DNA from: an uncultured candidatus Porisulfidus sp.
GTDB taxonomy: Bacteria > Pseudomonadota > Gammaproteobacteria > Poriferisulfidales > Poriferisulfidaceae
Direction: 5' to 3'
Length of the DNA: 64,000 nucleotides
Assembly (NCBI GenBank): GCA_965116025.1
Contig: OZ220480.1
Coordinates: 352,001-416,000, forward strand
The notes beneath the pieces were generated by a model, which saw only the letters and a program-made list of their open reading frames with translations, did no database searches and was not told the DNA's origin. Of the stretch, positions 1 through 10,885 are shown piece after piece. The position numbers and the translations under genes are program-made. Within the stretch, counting starts at the first letter, position 1. Every line of letters starts with the position of its first letter.

Positions 1-120
1 GGTTTCACCCTAGAAAGCACTCCATTTTCACGAGTAGACCACGCGCTTCCTCACACGCGAATCTCCAGTCTCTGTCGCGCCCCTCCCCATCCATCACAGT
101 GGGGTGATCAACAGGATCCT

Positions 121-1500
121 CTAGGCCAGAACCTGTAGCATCTCTTCACGCCGGGTGAACTTCTCCCGCGGCTTGCCCTTGGACTCGCCTCGGCTAATCT
201 CCTCCGCGTCAATCCGTCGCCATTCCGCGAAATTCACGCTACGCACGTCACGTTCGGACAGCAGCTGGGCCAACGCGTCCGACCCCGGGCGGTCCGCGGG
301 GAGGCTGGACAGGTCGTCTTTCAGAGATTCGACCGTTTGGACCGCGCAAGCGCGGTTGGTCCCGATAATTCCAGATGGACCGCGCTTGATCCAGCCAGCC
401 GTGTAGAGGCCCGGCGCCACCGCTCCATCCGGGCCATCGGTGATCCGGCCTTCTTGGTGGGGGAAGACGCCCCAGGAATCATGGAACGGAACGCCCTTAA
501 TAGGAACGCCACGGTAACCGATAGAACGAAACAGCAACCCGCACTCCAGCTCCTCGGTCTCGCCGGTGCCTGATGCGCGTTGCGAGAACGGCCCGCCCGA
601 CAGTTCGTTGCGCTCCAAGACGACACGCTCGATCCCGCCGTCTCCCTCAATACGGATCGGGCTACGGCAGAACATCATGCGGCAGGTTCGGGGCTTGCCA
701 TGTTCCGACTCTTCCGCCATCTTCTCGAAAATCGCCATGTTCTTGGCGGCCACCGCGCCGAGCTTCTTATCCCCAACCTCGGCCTGGCTAGCCTCATTGA
801 GCGCGAGCTCTCTGGAGTCGATAACCGCCTGGCAGTTTTCCAGTTCCAGAAACTCGCGCAACTCCTTGGTCGTGAATTTCGCCTGCGCCGGGCCACGGCG
901 ACCGATGACGGCGATCATCCGGATCCGGCTTTCCGCCAGCTCGTCCAAGGCATGCTGGGCGATATCGGTATGCTTGAGCTCATCCACCGATTTGGAGAGG
1001 ATGCGCGCCACGTCGGCCGCGACGTTTCCTTGCCCGATGATCGCGGCAGTCTCATGCGAGAAATCGAACTCGCGGTCGCGGTAGTCCGGGTGTCCGTTGT
1101 ACCAGCCGACGAATTCCGTCGCGGTGTGGCTGCCGGCGAGGTCCTCGCCCTCAATCCCCAAGCGGCGGTCCGTCTCGGCGCCACAGGTATAGATCACGGC
1201 GTGGTAGATGTCACGCAGCTCTTGGGGGGCGACATCCTCGCCGACCGTCACGTTGCCGAAGAAGCGAAAACCCTCAAGCGTGGCGATTCTCTCGTAGACC
1301 TTGATCGACTGCTTGAGCTTTGGGTGGTCCGGCGCGACGCCGCTGCGAACCAAGCCGTAGGGAGAAGGCAAGCGCTCGATAAGGTCAACCCGAACCTCGA
1401 GTTCGGATTTCAGCAGGGCTTCGGTAGCGTAGAAGCCACTGGGCCCGGCACCAACGATCACGACCCGCAGGGGCGCGGCCTCTGTCCCCAATTGGCTCAT
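121..1500 (-). CDS. fprA: Ferredoxin/adrenodoxin-type NADP+ reductase (FprA family)
   Basis: GAGPSG FAD motif, PYGLVRSGVAPDH, IGQGNVAADVAR NADP motif, GWIKRGPSGIIGTN; adjacent to a ferredoxin. Confidence 0.9.
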   Translation of the reverse strand: MSQLGTEAAPLRVVIVGAGPSGFYATEALLKSELEVRVDLIERLPSPYGLVRSGVAPDHPKLKQSIKVYERIATLEGFRFFGNVTVGEDVAPQELRDIYHAVIYTCGAETDRRLGIEGEDLAGSHTATEFVGWYNGHPDYRDREFDFSHETAAIIGQGNVAADVARILSKSVDELKHTDIAQHALDELAESRIRMIAVIGRRGPAQAKFTTKELREFLELENCQAVIDSRELALNEASQAEVGDKKLGAVAAKNMAIFEKMAEESEHGKPRTCRMMFCRSPIRIEGDGGIERVVLERNELSGGPFSQRASGTGETEELECGLLFRSIGYRGVPIKGVPFHDSWGVFPHQEGRITDGPDGAVAPGLYTAGWIKRGPSGIIGTNRACAVQTVESLKDDLSSLPADRPGSDALAQLLSERDVRSVNFAEWRRIDAEEISRGESKGKPREKFTRREEMLQVLA

Positions 1501-1503
1501 GGA

Positions 1504-1809
1504 TCAGAATCCCAGAGCGGTCTTGCGCTCATCCGCTCCCGGCAACGGATCCATCTTGTCTTCCAGCACTGGGAGATCAGGAGCCCGTTCGGCGTTAATC
1601 TCGATCCACTCTTGCTTGTCTTCCGGCAGATCGTCCTCCTCGTAAATCGCCTGGACCGGGCATTCCGGGATGCAGGCGCTGCAGTCGATGCAGACATCCG
1701 GGTCGATGTACAGCATCTCGTCGTCATAATGGAAGCACGCGACGGGGCAAACCGTTACGCAGTCCGTATAGCGGCAACCTTTGCAGTTGTCGGTCACGAT
1801 CGTGGTCAT
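1504..1809 (-). CDS. fdxA: 7Fe ([3Fe-4S][4Fe-4S]) ferredoxin, Azotobacter FdI type
   Basis: CKGCRYTDCVTVCP and CIDCSACIPECP cysteine patterns with an acidic C-terminal tail. Confidence 0.9.
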   Translation of the reverse strand: MTTIVTDNCKGCRYTDCVTVCPVACFHYDDEMLYIDPDVCIDCSACIPECPVQAIYEEDDLPEDKQEWIEINAERAPDLPVLEDKMDPLPGADERKTALGF

Positions 1810-1839
1810 GAAAAGAAGCTCCTCGGTATGGTGAATCCA

Positions 1840-1881
1840 GCTCGTCCGCCAAAGGCGGACGAGCGTCTAGAAATTATTATA
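1840..1881 (-). promoter_or_regulatory. Putative sigma70 -10 box and 5'-UTR hairpin for fdxA-fprA
   Basis: TATAAT on the minus strand at 1881-1876; perfect 11-bp inverted repeat GCTCGTCCGCC-AAA-GGCGGACGAGC at 1840-1864. Confidence 0.55.
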
Positions 1882-1990
1882 ACGGAAGGCGCCCCAGCAC
1901 CGGGGCGAACGGCGCCCCCCTAGCCCTCGTCCATGTCGTTCCCGGAATCCGCTGCGCTCGCGCGCGAATTCCACGTCCGTCAAGCGGCCT

Positions 1991-2992
<1,002 letters not shown>

Positions 2993-3227
2993 TCAGCTCG
3001 CGACAGGGCTTGTTGACGGTATCCTTCGGCTCCAACCCACACGCCCCACGCTCGCGAATCGCCTAGAAAATGCGGCGACGCGATCAATCCGCTTCTGGTG
3101 TCATGCGGATTCTTCCGCCGCGCCTCGGCATGGGCGAATTCTGGTGGCGAAATCGACTTTCTCGAGTTCGCCACGGCCAAGGATCTACGAGCCGCGCGGA
3201 AACCGCTCTTTCCCGAATGGCGCGGGG

Positions 3228-4040
3228 CTAGCGCGAATCGAACACGAGGATTTCTCCCCGGTTCTCCTCCACGCTATCGCCGCAATAGCGCCGGTAGCGT
3301 CCTCCCATGTAGACATCGTCGAGGTCGAAGCCGCTCTGCGCGATATGGCACAAGTAGAACCGGAGGAACGTGGGCCGCAACCAGCAGGAGTAGGAGAACG
3401 TCGGGAGCAACTCCACCGGCTGGAACGAGACGATCGTGCCGCGGATCATGCCCGCGCCCGGGCGGGCGCCCATGCCGCCCATCACGATGATGGTTCCGGC
3501 GCGCATGTTGACGCCGGCGAAATCGCCGGCCGACCCGCCCACCGCGATCAGTCCCCGGCGCATGGCCGAGCCCAGCTCGTTCTTGACGTCGCCATGAATC
3601 AGGATCTCCCCGCCCAGGATTCCGACGCGCTGGCCCCGGTAGGCGCTGCCCACCATGTGGCCAGCGTCACCCATCACCTCGATCCGGCCTCCGCTCATCT
3701 CCGGGCCCACCCAATCGGACGCGTCTCCGGAGACCCGGATCGTCCCCCCAGACATGCCGACGCCCAAGTGCATGCCGGCGGAGCCGTTCACGAGGATCTC
3801 GCCTTCCGTCATCCCGGCGCCGATGTACTTGACTCGTGACAGGTCGCCTTCCAGGCGGAGCGAGGACTGGCCGTTCCCGGTCACCCGAAAGAAGTCCCCG
3901 ACCCGGACCTTGCGGTTGCCATGCATCATCTCGAGGTTCTCGATCCCCGATTGCGACAGCCCCTTGATTTTCGCCGGGCTCAGGCACTCCGCCTCGAGCG
4001 GGACCTCCGGCGCGGTGACCAGTTCCAGCTCGGTCGGCAT
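3228..4040 (-). CDS. fwdC: Formylmethanofuran dehydrogenase subunit C (FwdC/FhcC)
   Basis: GXGXXG beta-helix repeats (GAGMTEGEILVNG, GVGMSGGTIRVSG); operon context. Confidence 0.92.
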   Translation of the reverse strand: MPTELELVTAPEVPLEAECLSPAKIKGLSQSGIENLEMMHGNRKVRVGDFFRVTGNGQSSLRLEGDLSRVKYIGAGMTEGEILVNGSAGMHLGVGMSGGTIRVSGDASDWVGPEMSGGRIEVMGDAGHMVGSAYRGQRVGILGGEILIHGDVKNELGSAMRRGLIAVGGSAGDFAGVNMRAGTIIVMGGMGARPGAGMIRGTIVSFQPVELLPTFSYSCWLRPTFLRFYLCHIAQSGFDLDDVYMGGRYRRYCGDSVEENRGEILVFDSR

Positions 4041-4042
4041 GA

Positions 4043-4936
4043 TCAGGCGCTCTCCAGCAATTCGTAAAGGCCGAATTTGTGCTGGCCGAGCGTTCCGCCG
4101 TAGTTGCCCGCGCTGACGTAGTCCACGCCGCGCGCCGCGGCCGCCCGGATCCCCCGGCGCATGGCCTCGCGCAAAGCATCCTCCGTGAGCCCATTGACGA
4201 CGACCTCGTACACCGCCGCGATGCCTTCCGGCAACATTGTATGCTTCACGCGTCCGCGCAGGGTCGGGCAGTAGGCCTCGTTGGTGGAGGCGATCAGACT
4301 CTTGTAGCGCGATCCCACCTTGCTTCCGGAGCCGACCACCCCTTGCGGGAACGGCAGAAACACGCCCGCCACGTGGCGCATCGCCTCCGCCGCGTCCGAC
4401 GCGGCGCGCAGCGCGACCTGTCCGCTCTTGCCCAGCATCAGCAGATTGCCTCCTCCGATGGCGGGCTGCACCCCGAAGACGTCGTCCACCAGGAACTCGC
4501 CGCCCATGATCGGGATTCTCCAGAATCTCCGATCACCGACCACCTTCGCGATCTGGTGTCCGTCTCCGAAGAACCGCAGGCGCTGGCCGACCGGCACGAC
4601 GGTCTCCCCCGCGAGCCCGTTGTAGCAAGCGGTCGTCGGGCAGGTCATCACGCATTGCCCGATGCGCTCGACCAAGCGCGCGCTCATGTCCTTCTCGCTC
4701 ATCGCGAACAGCAGCACGCTGATCCCCGGGCGCAGGTCCGGCGTGTCGGTATCGGGAATCTCGCACTCCACGGCCGCCTCGCACTTGCAACGGATCACGG
4801 AGGTGGCGAATCCGGTGATGGACTGCGCCGCGGCGCGCGCCCAACTCTTGGTGGCGGCGGTGATGATGACGCGCGCGCCCCACATGCCGAAGGCCTCGGC
4901 GAACGTGTCGACCACCTCGGTCTTGCCGATCCTCAT
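4043..4936 (-). CDS. ftr: Formylmethanofuran-tetrahydromethanopterin formyltransferase (Ftr/FhcD)
   Basis: DTFAEAF N-terminus, GFATSVI, RIGQCVMTCPTT, GSGSKVGS, SAGNYGGTLG. Confidence 0.95.
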   Translation of the reverse strand: MRIGKTEVVDTFAEAFGMWGARVIITAATKSWARAAAQSITGFATSVIRCKCEAAVECEIPDTDTPDLRPGISVLLFAMSEKDMSARLVERIGQCVMTCPTTACYNGLAGETVVPVGQRLRFFGDGHQIAKVVGDRRFWRIPIMGGEFLVDDVFGVQPAIGGGNLLMLGKSGQVALRAASDAAEAMRHVAGVFLPFPQGVVGSGSKVGSRYKSLIASTNEAYCPTLRGRVKHTMLPEGIAAVYEVVVNGLTEDALREAMRRGIRAAAARGVDYVSAGNYGGTLGQHKFGLYELLESA

Positions 4937-6597
4937 TTCCGCTTGCCGTCCGGGTCGCGTGGCGGAATGACCTCATGGTCGTGAAGATAGGAGGCGTCCA
5001 CCCGGTAGTTGTTGAACTGGATCGAGTAGTAGTCCTCGAAGAACGGCCGGATCTGGTCCTCGATCACGGAGTCGTAACTGGGCTCCGTGTGCAGAAATCG
5101 CCCAGTATGGTCCGCGACGAACTCGTGGTTCTCGATGATCATCTTGCCGGCCTTGATCACGTAGCGCGGAGCGTTGAACATCGCCTCGCGGTCCTCCTCG
5201 TCCGTGTAGACCGTGACATCGGCGTCCGCCCCAACCCCCAAGTGCCCCTTGTTCGCAAGGCCCAGCGCCCGGGCCGGAGCCGCGCGCGTGATGATGGCGA
5301 TCTCCGACAGGGTGTATTCCCGGTCCAGCTGCGGCAACAGGCTGTTTCGGATGGCCTTCTGGTTGACCCGCTTCATCATCTCGGTTCGATATCCCCGGTC
5401 CATCAGCAGGCGGATCACCTTCGGGTAGGTCACGAAGGAGGCGCCGTTCGGATGGTCGGTCGAGAACATCACGCGCCAAGGGTCTTGGGACAGCAGGAAC
5501 AGCTCTAGCCCGATCGCCCACTGCATGGAGTGCGTGTAGCTCGTGTCCTGATAGCTGAACGGCATGACCCCGCAACCGCTCTCGCACTCCGTGTCGGCGT
5601 TCACCCACTTGGCGTCCTTGTGCCGCAGCATCCAGGTCAGCGGAGCGTCCGCGGTCATGGCCGTAGCCTTGCCGAACATCACCATGCCGATGTCGGCCGT
5701 GAGATTCTCATGAGTGTTGAGGTAGTCGATGATGGGTTCCGATCCCGTCTTGACGCGTCCCCCGAGCTCGCCCGCGTAGCTATGGAACTGGACGTGCGCG
5801 ATGTGCGCCCGATGTCCCTCGGCCGCCTTCATCGTGTCCAGCGTGGTCCGGTAGTTGCCGCTGTGCCCCAGGTTGTTGCAGTGGACGTGCGCCGGATGGG
5901 GGAGATTCAGCTCGTCCACCGCCTCGATGAAAGCGTTAGTGACCTGAAGCGGGGTCAAGTCGAACGGGTCGATCTGCTCGTTGACGTCGGTCACGTTCTC
6001 GTTGCGCTTCCCCTTCCAGAACTCGTCGCTGCCGGCGTTGACCAGCTTGACTCCGGCGGCCCGGGCCGCCGTCACCCACCAGGCGATAGCGTTCTTGAAG
6101 TCCCGCTTGCGTCCCTGCTTGAGCAGGTCGTACAGGAACATGTTGTTGCCGAGCAAGACGTAGAAGCCCTTGTCGATCACCGGAGTGTCGTGGAATTCCT
6201 CGATGACGTGGCGCGCCGCCAGCGGCGGCACGGCGGCGTCGAACGCCGTGGTGTAGCCCAGCGCGGCGTAGCGGTAGCCGGTGGCGAACGTCGACGGCGT
6301 GACCCCGCCGACCCCGGACCGAGTCACGTCGGTGCCGGGGTGGACGTCGAGGCGGTGGTCCTCCGGCTGCAGCTTGCGCGAGAGGTTGACCTTGGGCCCG
6401 GCGATGTGGCAATGGATGTCGACGGCGCCCGGCATGACCACCATGCCGTGCGCGTCGATGGTTCGCGCCGAATCGGAGACCTTGTCCACGACGCGCCCGT
6501 CGCGGATAAGGATGTCGCGGACATCGCCGTCCACGCCATTGGCCGGATCGTAGACCCTTCCGCTTTTGATGCGAAGTTCCACGCCCTTCTCAGCCAT
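4933..6597 (-). CDS. fwdA: Formylmethanofuran dehydrogenase subunit A (amidohydrolase)
   Basis: DIHCHIAG, GVKLVN, HVHCNNLG, HVQFHSY and STDHPNG binuclear metal motifs. Confidence 0.95.
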   Translation of the reverse strand: MAEKGVELRIKSGRVYDPANGVDGDVRDILIRDGRVVDKVSDSARTIDAHGMVVMPGAVDIHCHIAGPKVNLSRKLQPEDHRLDVHPGTDVTRSGVGGVTPSTFATGYRYAALGYTTAFDAAVPPLAARHVIEEFHDTPVIDKGFYVLLGNNMFLYDLLKQGRKRDFKNAIAWWVTAARAAGVKLVNAGSDEFWKGKRNENVTDVNEQIDPFDLTPLQVTNAFIEAVDELNLPHPAHVHCNNLGHSGNYRTTLDTMKAAEGHRAHIAHVQFHSYAGELGGRVKTGSEPIIDYLNTHENLTADIGMVMFGKATAMTADAPLTWMLRHKDAKWVNADTECESGCGVMPFSYQDTSYTHSMQWAIGLELFLLSQDPWRVMFSTDHPNGASFVTYPKVIRLLMDRGYRTEMMKRVNQKAIRNSLLPQLDREYTLSEIAIITRAAPARALGLANKGHLGVGADADVTVYTDEEDREAMFNAPRYVIKAGKMIIENHEFVADHTGRFLHTEPSYDSVIEDQIRPFFEDYYSIQFNNYRVDASYLHDHEVIPPRDPDGKRK

Positions 6598-6633
6598 GGA
6601 GGCCGTTCCCCATCTCCCAGTTTGGTGAAAAGA

Positions 6634-7992
6634 TTACGCCGCCTTCTTATGGCCCTTCGACCGGCGTTCCTTCAGGCGAGAGTAAATCCCGTTCAGGACC
6701 TCCTCGTCCGTCGGAAACGGGGAATCGAAGGCCGGGCGCAAGGTGATCGGCACGTCGTCCATGCGGTACACGGTGCCGCCGGTGTTGATCCCGTAGGTGG
6801 CGACCATGAACGCGACTCGGGCCTGGCGACTGGTGTAGGTCGGCTTGGCGTCCAGAGAGATCACCGGGATGCGCTTCAGACGCTCGATCGCGCGCTTCGG
6901 GAAGTTCGAGGCGGGGTCCGTGGCGATCATCAGCGCCGCGTCGGCGTCGCCGCGCGCCAGCAGATCCACGGTGGTGAACTCGCCTGGGTTGAAGCGCGGA
7001 TAGCCACGGTGAAAGTTGACTCCGAACGGGTAGCCGGTCTGCCACGACACCACGTTGTCGGCCCCGGTGACGTTGCCGTGCCCGCGCACCGGCTTGGCGA
7101 CGAAATGGGTGTGCTTGTTCAGGTCAGTGGCCAGCGCCAGCAACGCGCCCGAGTTGAAATGGCGCCCACGGGTCATGGTCAGCCCCATGCCGAAGAACAG
7201 CACCCCGTAGTTGCAGCTCTTCATGCGTTCCACCAGATCGTCCAGAGTCGCGCGCGACACGCCCGTGATCTCCTCGATGTCGGCGTGGACGTCGCGCCCA
7301 CGCACCCGGGCGCGCAGGGCCCAGAGCAACTCGAAGTCGCGCCCAGGCTTGACCCGCACGACCTGGTCCGCGACCGGCGCGCTGGGCGTCTTGCGCACGT
7401 CGACCAGCACGACGTGGCGGTCCTTCTTGCCGTTCGGGATGTAGCGCCCTTTCGGCGTGACGGTGTAGCGCGTGAAATGCCTAGGATGGGACTCGGCTGG
7501 GTTGCCGCCCCAGTAAATGACCAGATCGGCGCGGTTCTTGACCTCGCCCAGCGTCGCCGTGCTCTCGCCGACGCCCTGGAAGGCGATCCCGGACGGGCCG
7601 TGGCACACCGAGGTGGTGGTGTCGATGTTGCCGCGGATCAGATCGTTGATGGCCACCGCCACGCGCTGCGCCTCGCACGGCGAGTCGCTCAGCCCATAGG
7701 TGATCGGAAACTTCGCCTCGCTCAGGACGCGCGCCGCCTCGTCCATCGCCTCCTCCAGCGGAACCTCGCGCCCATCGATCATCGCCTGCGGATGATCCTC
7801 TATGCCGTGCTGCAGGAACCAGGCGCGCCCGAGGACGCAAGCGTTCTTGGCTTTCGTGATCCGGTTCGCCTCCAGATCGACGGTCAGCTCCATATCATCG
7901 CAGACGCACCCGCAGAACGTGCAGGTGGCGTCCTTGACGACGCGGGTCGCGGGCGGGGCCGCGGCGGCCTCGGGGGGCGTGGTCTCGCTCAT
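6634..7992 (-). CDS. fwdB: Formylmethanofuran dehydrogenase subunit B (Mo/W-bis-pterin, [4Fe-4S])
   Basis: CTFCGCVCDD...NAC Fe-S motif, TSVCHGP metal-ligand motif, TLGEVKNRAD, HPRH, RGHGNV. Confidence 0.93.
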   Translation of the reverse strand: MSETTPPEAAAAPPATRVVKDATCTFCGCVCDDMELTVDLEANRITKAKNACVLGRAWFLQHGIEDHPQAMIDGREVPLEEAMDEAARVLSEAKFPITYGLSDSPCEAQRVAVAINDLIRGNIDTTTSVCHGPSGIAFQGVGESTATLGEVKNRADLVIYWGGNPAESHPRHFTRYTVTPKGRYIPNGKKDRHVVLVDVRKTPSAPVADQVVRVKPGRDFELLWALRARVRGRDVHADIEEITGVSRATLDDLVERMKSCNYGVLFFGMGLTMTRGRHFNSGALLALATDLNKHTHFVAKPVRGHGNVTGADNVVSWQTGYPFGVNFHRGYPRFNPGEFTTVDLLARGDADAALMIATDPASNFPKRAIERLKRIPVISLDAKPTYTSRQARVAFMVATYGINTGGTVYRMDDVPITLRPAFDSPFPTDEEVLNGIYSRLKERRSKGHKKAA

Positions 7993-8016
7993 GGAATCGG
8001 CACGCTCGTCAGGGCC

Positions 8017-8370
8017 TCAGTCGGCGCCCAGGCGCTCCACCTCCACCATCATCTGCTTCGACATCGGCATGCCGGAGCCCGCCGTGTCGCTCTCCATCAG
8101 CTCGCTGGAGCACGGGCCGTACGGGATGAAGATCATGTCGTCCGGAAGATCCGCGTCCTTGCGCGCCTTCCCGCATTTCACCTCCACCTTGCCAGTGGCG
8201 CAGGACAAGCGCACCCGGTCTCCGGCGGAGATCCCGAGCCGGCGCATGGCGCTCTCGCTCATCTCGATGGTTGAGGTGACATCCTGATACTCATCCTTGA
8301 GTTTCCCGGCGTTCAGGGAAGTTCCCTGCTTGCTCGACCGTCCGGGTATCAGCATCATCCGTTCCGCCAC
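8017..8370 (-). CDS. fwdD: Formylmethanofuran dehydrogenase subunit D (molybdopterin dinucleotide-binding domain)
   Basis: LIPGRSSKQG N-terminus, IFIPYGP, DTAGSGMP; directly upstream of fwdB. Confidence 0.85.
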   Translation of the reverse strand: MAERMMLIPGRSSKQGTSLNAGKLKDEYQDVTSTIEMSESAMRRLGISAGDRVRLSCATGKVEVKCGKARKDADLPDDMIFIPYGPCSSELMESDTAGSGMPMSKQMMVEVERLGAD

Positions 8371-8405
8371 TGGCGCAGCCTCGCCGTGATTTCAGGGGGA
8401 AGAGA

Positions 8406-8411
8406 ATTATA
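8406..8411 (-). promoter_or_regulatory. Putative -10 box of the fwd operon
   Basis: Perfect TATAAT on the minus strand about 35 nt upstream of the fwdD GTG. Confidence 0.45.
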
Positions 8412-8461
8412 CCCCAAGCCCGCGCGCGCCACGGCGAGACTCCCACGGATTCACCATCCCA

Positions 8462-9640
8462 TCAAAGACGCTCCCGCCGCAAGGCCGCTCGCCGCGCCGT
8501 GAGCCATCCGACCAGCATCCCCGCCAGGGCGACCGCCGCCGCGACGTGAAACGTCGCCGCGGGCCCGAAGTCTTCCCAAAGCGCCCCGCTGATCAAGCTG
8601 CCCAGAGCCGCGCCCACGCCGTAGTTGAGAGACAGGTACAGAGCCTGACCCCGGCTCTGAAACCGGCCGGGGAACAGCTGGTGAATGAGACGCATGGAGA
8701 CGGTATGGTAGGTGCCGTAGACCACGGCATGCAGCAGCTGGGCCGCCAGCAGCGCCGGCCACAGGTCTGGAAAATTCCCGAGCAGAGCCCAGCGAACCGC
8801 CGCGAAAAAGAACGCGGCCGCGAATAGGAGACGCGCCGAATAGCGATCCAGCCTTCGCGCCAGATACAGGAACACGGCGATCTCGCCGAGCACCCCGACC
8901 GACCACAGCGCGGCCAGACTGTAGATCGGATAGCCGTGGTCTTCCACGTAAATGGAGAAGAACGCGTAGAACGGTCCATGGCTGGCCTGCATCAGGACGA
9001 ACGCCGCCAGAAGCCCCAGCACGGGCGGATGGCGAATCAGGCTGACCAACGTGATGTGAGGCGAATGCTCGCGCCTCTGGGGCCGGCCGGTCAGCGTCAG
9101 GCTGACCAGCCATAGCCCGAAATGGCAGAAAAACCAGCCTAGCGGAATGAGCCGCATGGCGTCGGCCTCCGCGTGAAACAGAGCGGTCGAGAGAATGACG
9201 CAGGAAAAGATGAAGCCGGTCGACCCCCACGCCCGAACGCGCATGTAGGTGTAGCGCGGAGTCGCCTGCCGCTCCAGGTGCGTCAGCGTGAGACCCTCGA
9301 CCAGCGGCAACGAGGCGCACCAGAAAAAGCTGGACGCCAGCATCAGCAGGGCCATCCCGCGAAAGTCGCTGGCCCAGAGCGTCCCCAGCGCGGCCACCAT
9401 GCCCCCCAGCGTGGCGAGCCACACCAGCGGGACCCTGCGCCCGGTATGGTCCGCCAGCCAACCCCAGACGTTCGGCGCCACGACGCAAGCCGCCATCGCC
9501 ACCGCCATCAACTGCCCGATCTCGACCGCGCTGAACCCCAAGGACCTCCAGTAAAGCGGCCAGAATGGAAGAAACACGCCGAGAGCGGCGTAGTACAGAA
9601 AATAAAAGCCGGAGAACCGGCCGTACAGGAACGGGGTCAC
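8462..9640 (-). CDS. MFS transporter (MFS_1_like/HcaT-like)
   Basis: About 12 hydrophobic segments; WGWLADHTGRR motif A; RAWGSTGF. Confidence 0.85.
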   Translation of the reverse strand: MTPFLYGRFSGFYFLYYAALGVFLPFWPLYWRSLGFSAVEIGQLMAVAMAACVVAPNVWGWLADHTGRRVPLVWLATLGGMVAALGTLWASDFRGMALLMLASSFFWCASLPLVEGLTLTHLERQATPRYTYMRVRAWGSTGFIFSCVILSTALFHAEADAMRLIPLGWFFCHFGLWLVSLTLTGRPQRREHSPHITLVSLIRHPPVLGLLAAFVLMQASHGPFYAFFSIYVEDHGYPIYSLAALWSVGVLGEIAVFLYLARRLDRYSARLLFAAAFFFAAVRWALLGNFPDLWPALLAAQLLHAVVYGTYHTVSMRLIHQLFPGRFQSRGQALYLSLNYGVGAALGSLISGALWEDFGPAATFHVAAAVALAGMLVGWLTARRAALRRERL

Positions 9641-9653
9641 GCGCCGGGGAAGT

Positions 9654-10730
9654 CTAGGGCGCCGCCGCGCCGTCGCCGCACTGGGCGCGATGGCGCAAGG
9701 CCTGGTCCATCAAGGTCAGCGCCAGCATAGCCTCGGCGATCGGCACGGCGCGCAGGCCCACGCAGGGATCGTGGCGCCCCTTCGTCACCACCTCCACCGC
9801 CTCCCCCTTCCGGTTGATCGAGCGTCCCGGGATCCGGATGCTCGAGGTCGGCTTGAAGGCCAACGCGACTCGCAAGTCCTGCCCGGTGCTCACGCCCCCC
9901 AGGACGCCGCCGGCGTGGTTCGACAGGAAGCCTTCCGGCGCGATCTCGTCGCGGTGCTCGCTGCCGCGCTGCCCGACCACGGCGAAGCCGTCCCCGATCT
10001 CCACCGCCTTGACCGCGTTGACGCTCATCATCGCCTGGGCCACCATGGCGTCCAGGCGCTCGAAGACCGGCTCGCCCCAGCCGGCCGGCAGGCCGGTCGC
10101 CTCCACCTCCACCCGGGCGCCGATCGAGTCGCCCGCCCGGCGCAGGTCGTCCATGAACCGCTCCAGCTCGGCGATTCTTCCGGGCTCCGGAAAGAAAAAC
10201 GGATTCTCCTCGACCGCCGCCCAGTCCGTGGTCTCGGCGCGGATCGGGCCGACCTGCCGGACGCATCCGCGAATCTCCACCCCGTGGCGCTCGCGCAGCC
10301 ACTTCCGGGCCACTCCTCCGGCGGCCACCCGGGTCGCGGTCTCCCGCGCGGAGGCCCGCCCCCCTCCGCGCGGATCGCGGATTCCGTATTTTCTTTGGTA
10401 GGTGTAGTCCGCGTGCCCCGGGCGGAAGCGCTCGCGCAGGTCCGCGTAGTCTTTGGAGCGAGCGTCCTGGTTCTCGATCACCAGCGCGATCGGGGTCCCG
10501 GTCGTCTTTCCCTCGAAAACCCCGGAGAGGATTCGGACCCGATCCGGCTCGCGCCGCTGACTGGTGTGCCGGGTCTGGCCTGGCCGGCGGCGGTCCAAGT
10601 CGCGCTGCAGGTCGGCCTCCTCGAGCTCCAGGAGCGGCGGGCAACCGTCGATGACGCAGCCGATGGCGGGGCCATGGCTTTCGCCGAAAGAGGTGACGGC
10701 GAACAGAGAGCCGAAGGTGTTGCCCGTCAT
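9654..10730 (-). CDS. aroC: Chorismate synthase
   Basis: [33 protein letters not shown]. Confidence 0.97.
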   Translation of the reverse strand: MTGNTFGSLFAVTSFGESHGPAIGCVIDGCPPLLELEEADLQRDLDRRRPGQTRHTSQRREPDRVRILSGVFEGKTTGTPIALVIENQDARSKDYADLRERFRPGHADYTYQRKYGIRDPRGGGRASARETATRVAAGGVARKWLRERHGVEIRGCVRQVGPIRAETTDWAAVEENPFFFPEPGRIAELERFMDDLRRAGDSIGARVEVEATGLPAGWGEPVFERLDAMVAQAMMSVNAVKAVEIGDGFAVVGQRGSEHRDEIAPEGFLSNHAGGVLGGVSTGQDLRVALAFKPTSSIRIPGRSINRKGEAVEVVTKGRHDPCVGLRAVPIAEAMLALTLMDQALRHRAQCGDGAAAP

Positions 10731-10787
10731 GGTCCGGGATTCTACACCGCCCCGCCGCGAAACCGCGATCCGGGCCCGGATCGCGTC

Positions 10788-10821
10788 CTGTCATACGCTC
10801 GTTACAAGTCTCGCTTTTAAT
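10788..10821 (+). promoter_or_regulatory. Putative Pho box plus -10 element for pstS
   Basis: CTGTCAT-N4-TCGTTAC (10788-10805), then TTTAAT 10 nt downstream (10816-10821): PhoB-type geometry. Confidence 0.55.
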
Positions 10822-10885
10822 GCGGCGCGCGAACGGGGTCATCCCCGCCAAACCCATCGATAAAGCCTAGAGGATCTAACACATA

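Noticed and set aside
7590-7620. Selenocysteine at the FwdB active site
   Set aside because: The codon is TGC (Cys) and the ORF is uninterrupted
5530-8274. 914-aa plus-strand ORF and similar long antisense ORFs across the window
   Set aside because: Antisense to well-supported genes in high-GC DNA, with no recognisable motifs
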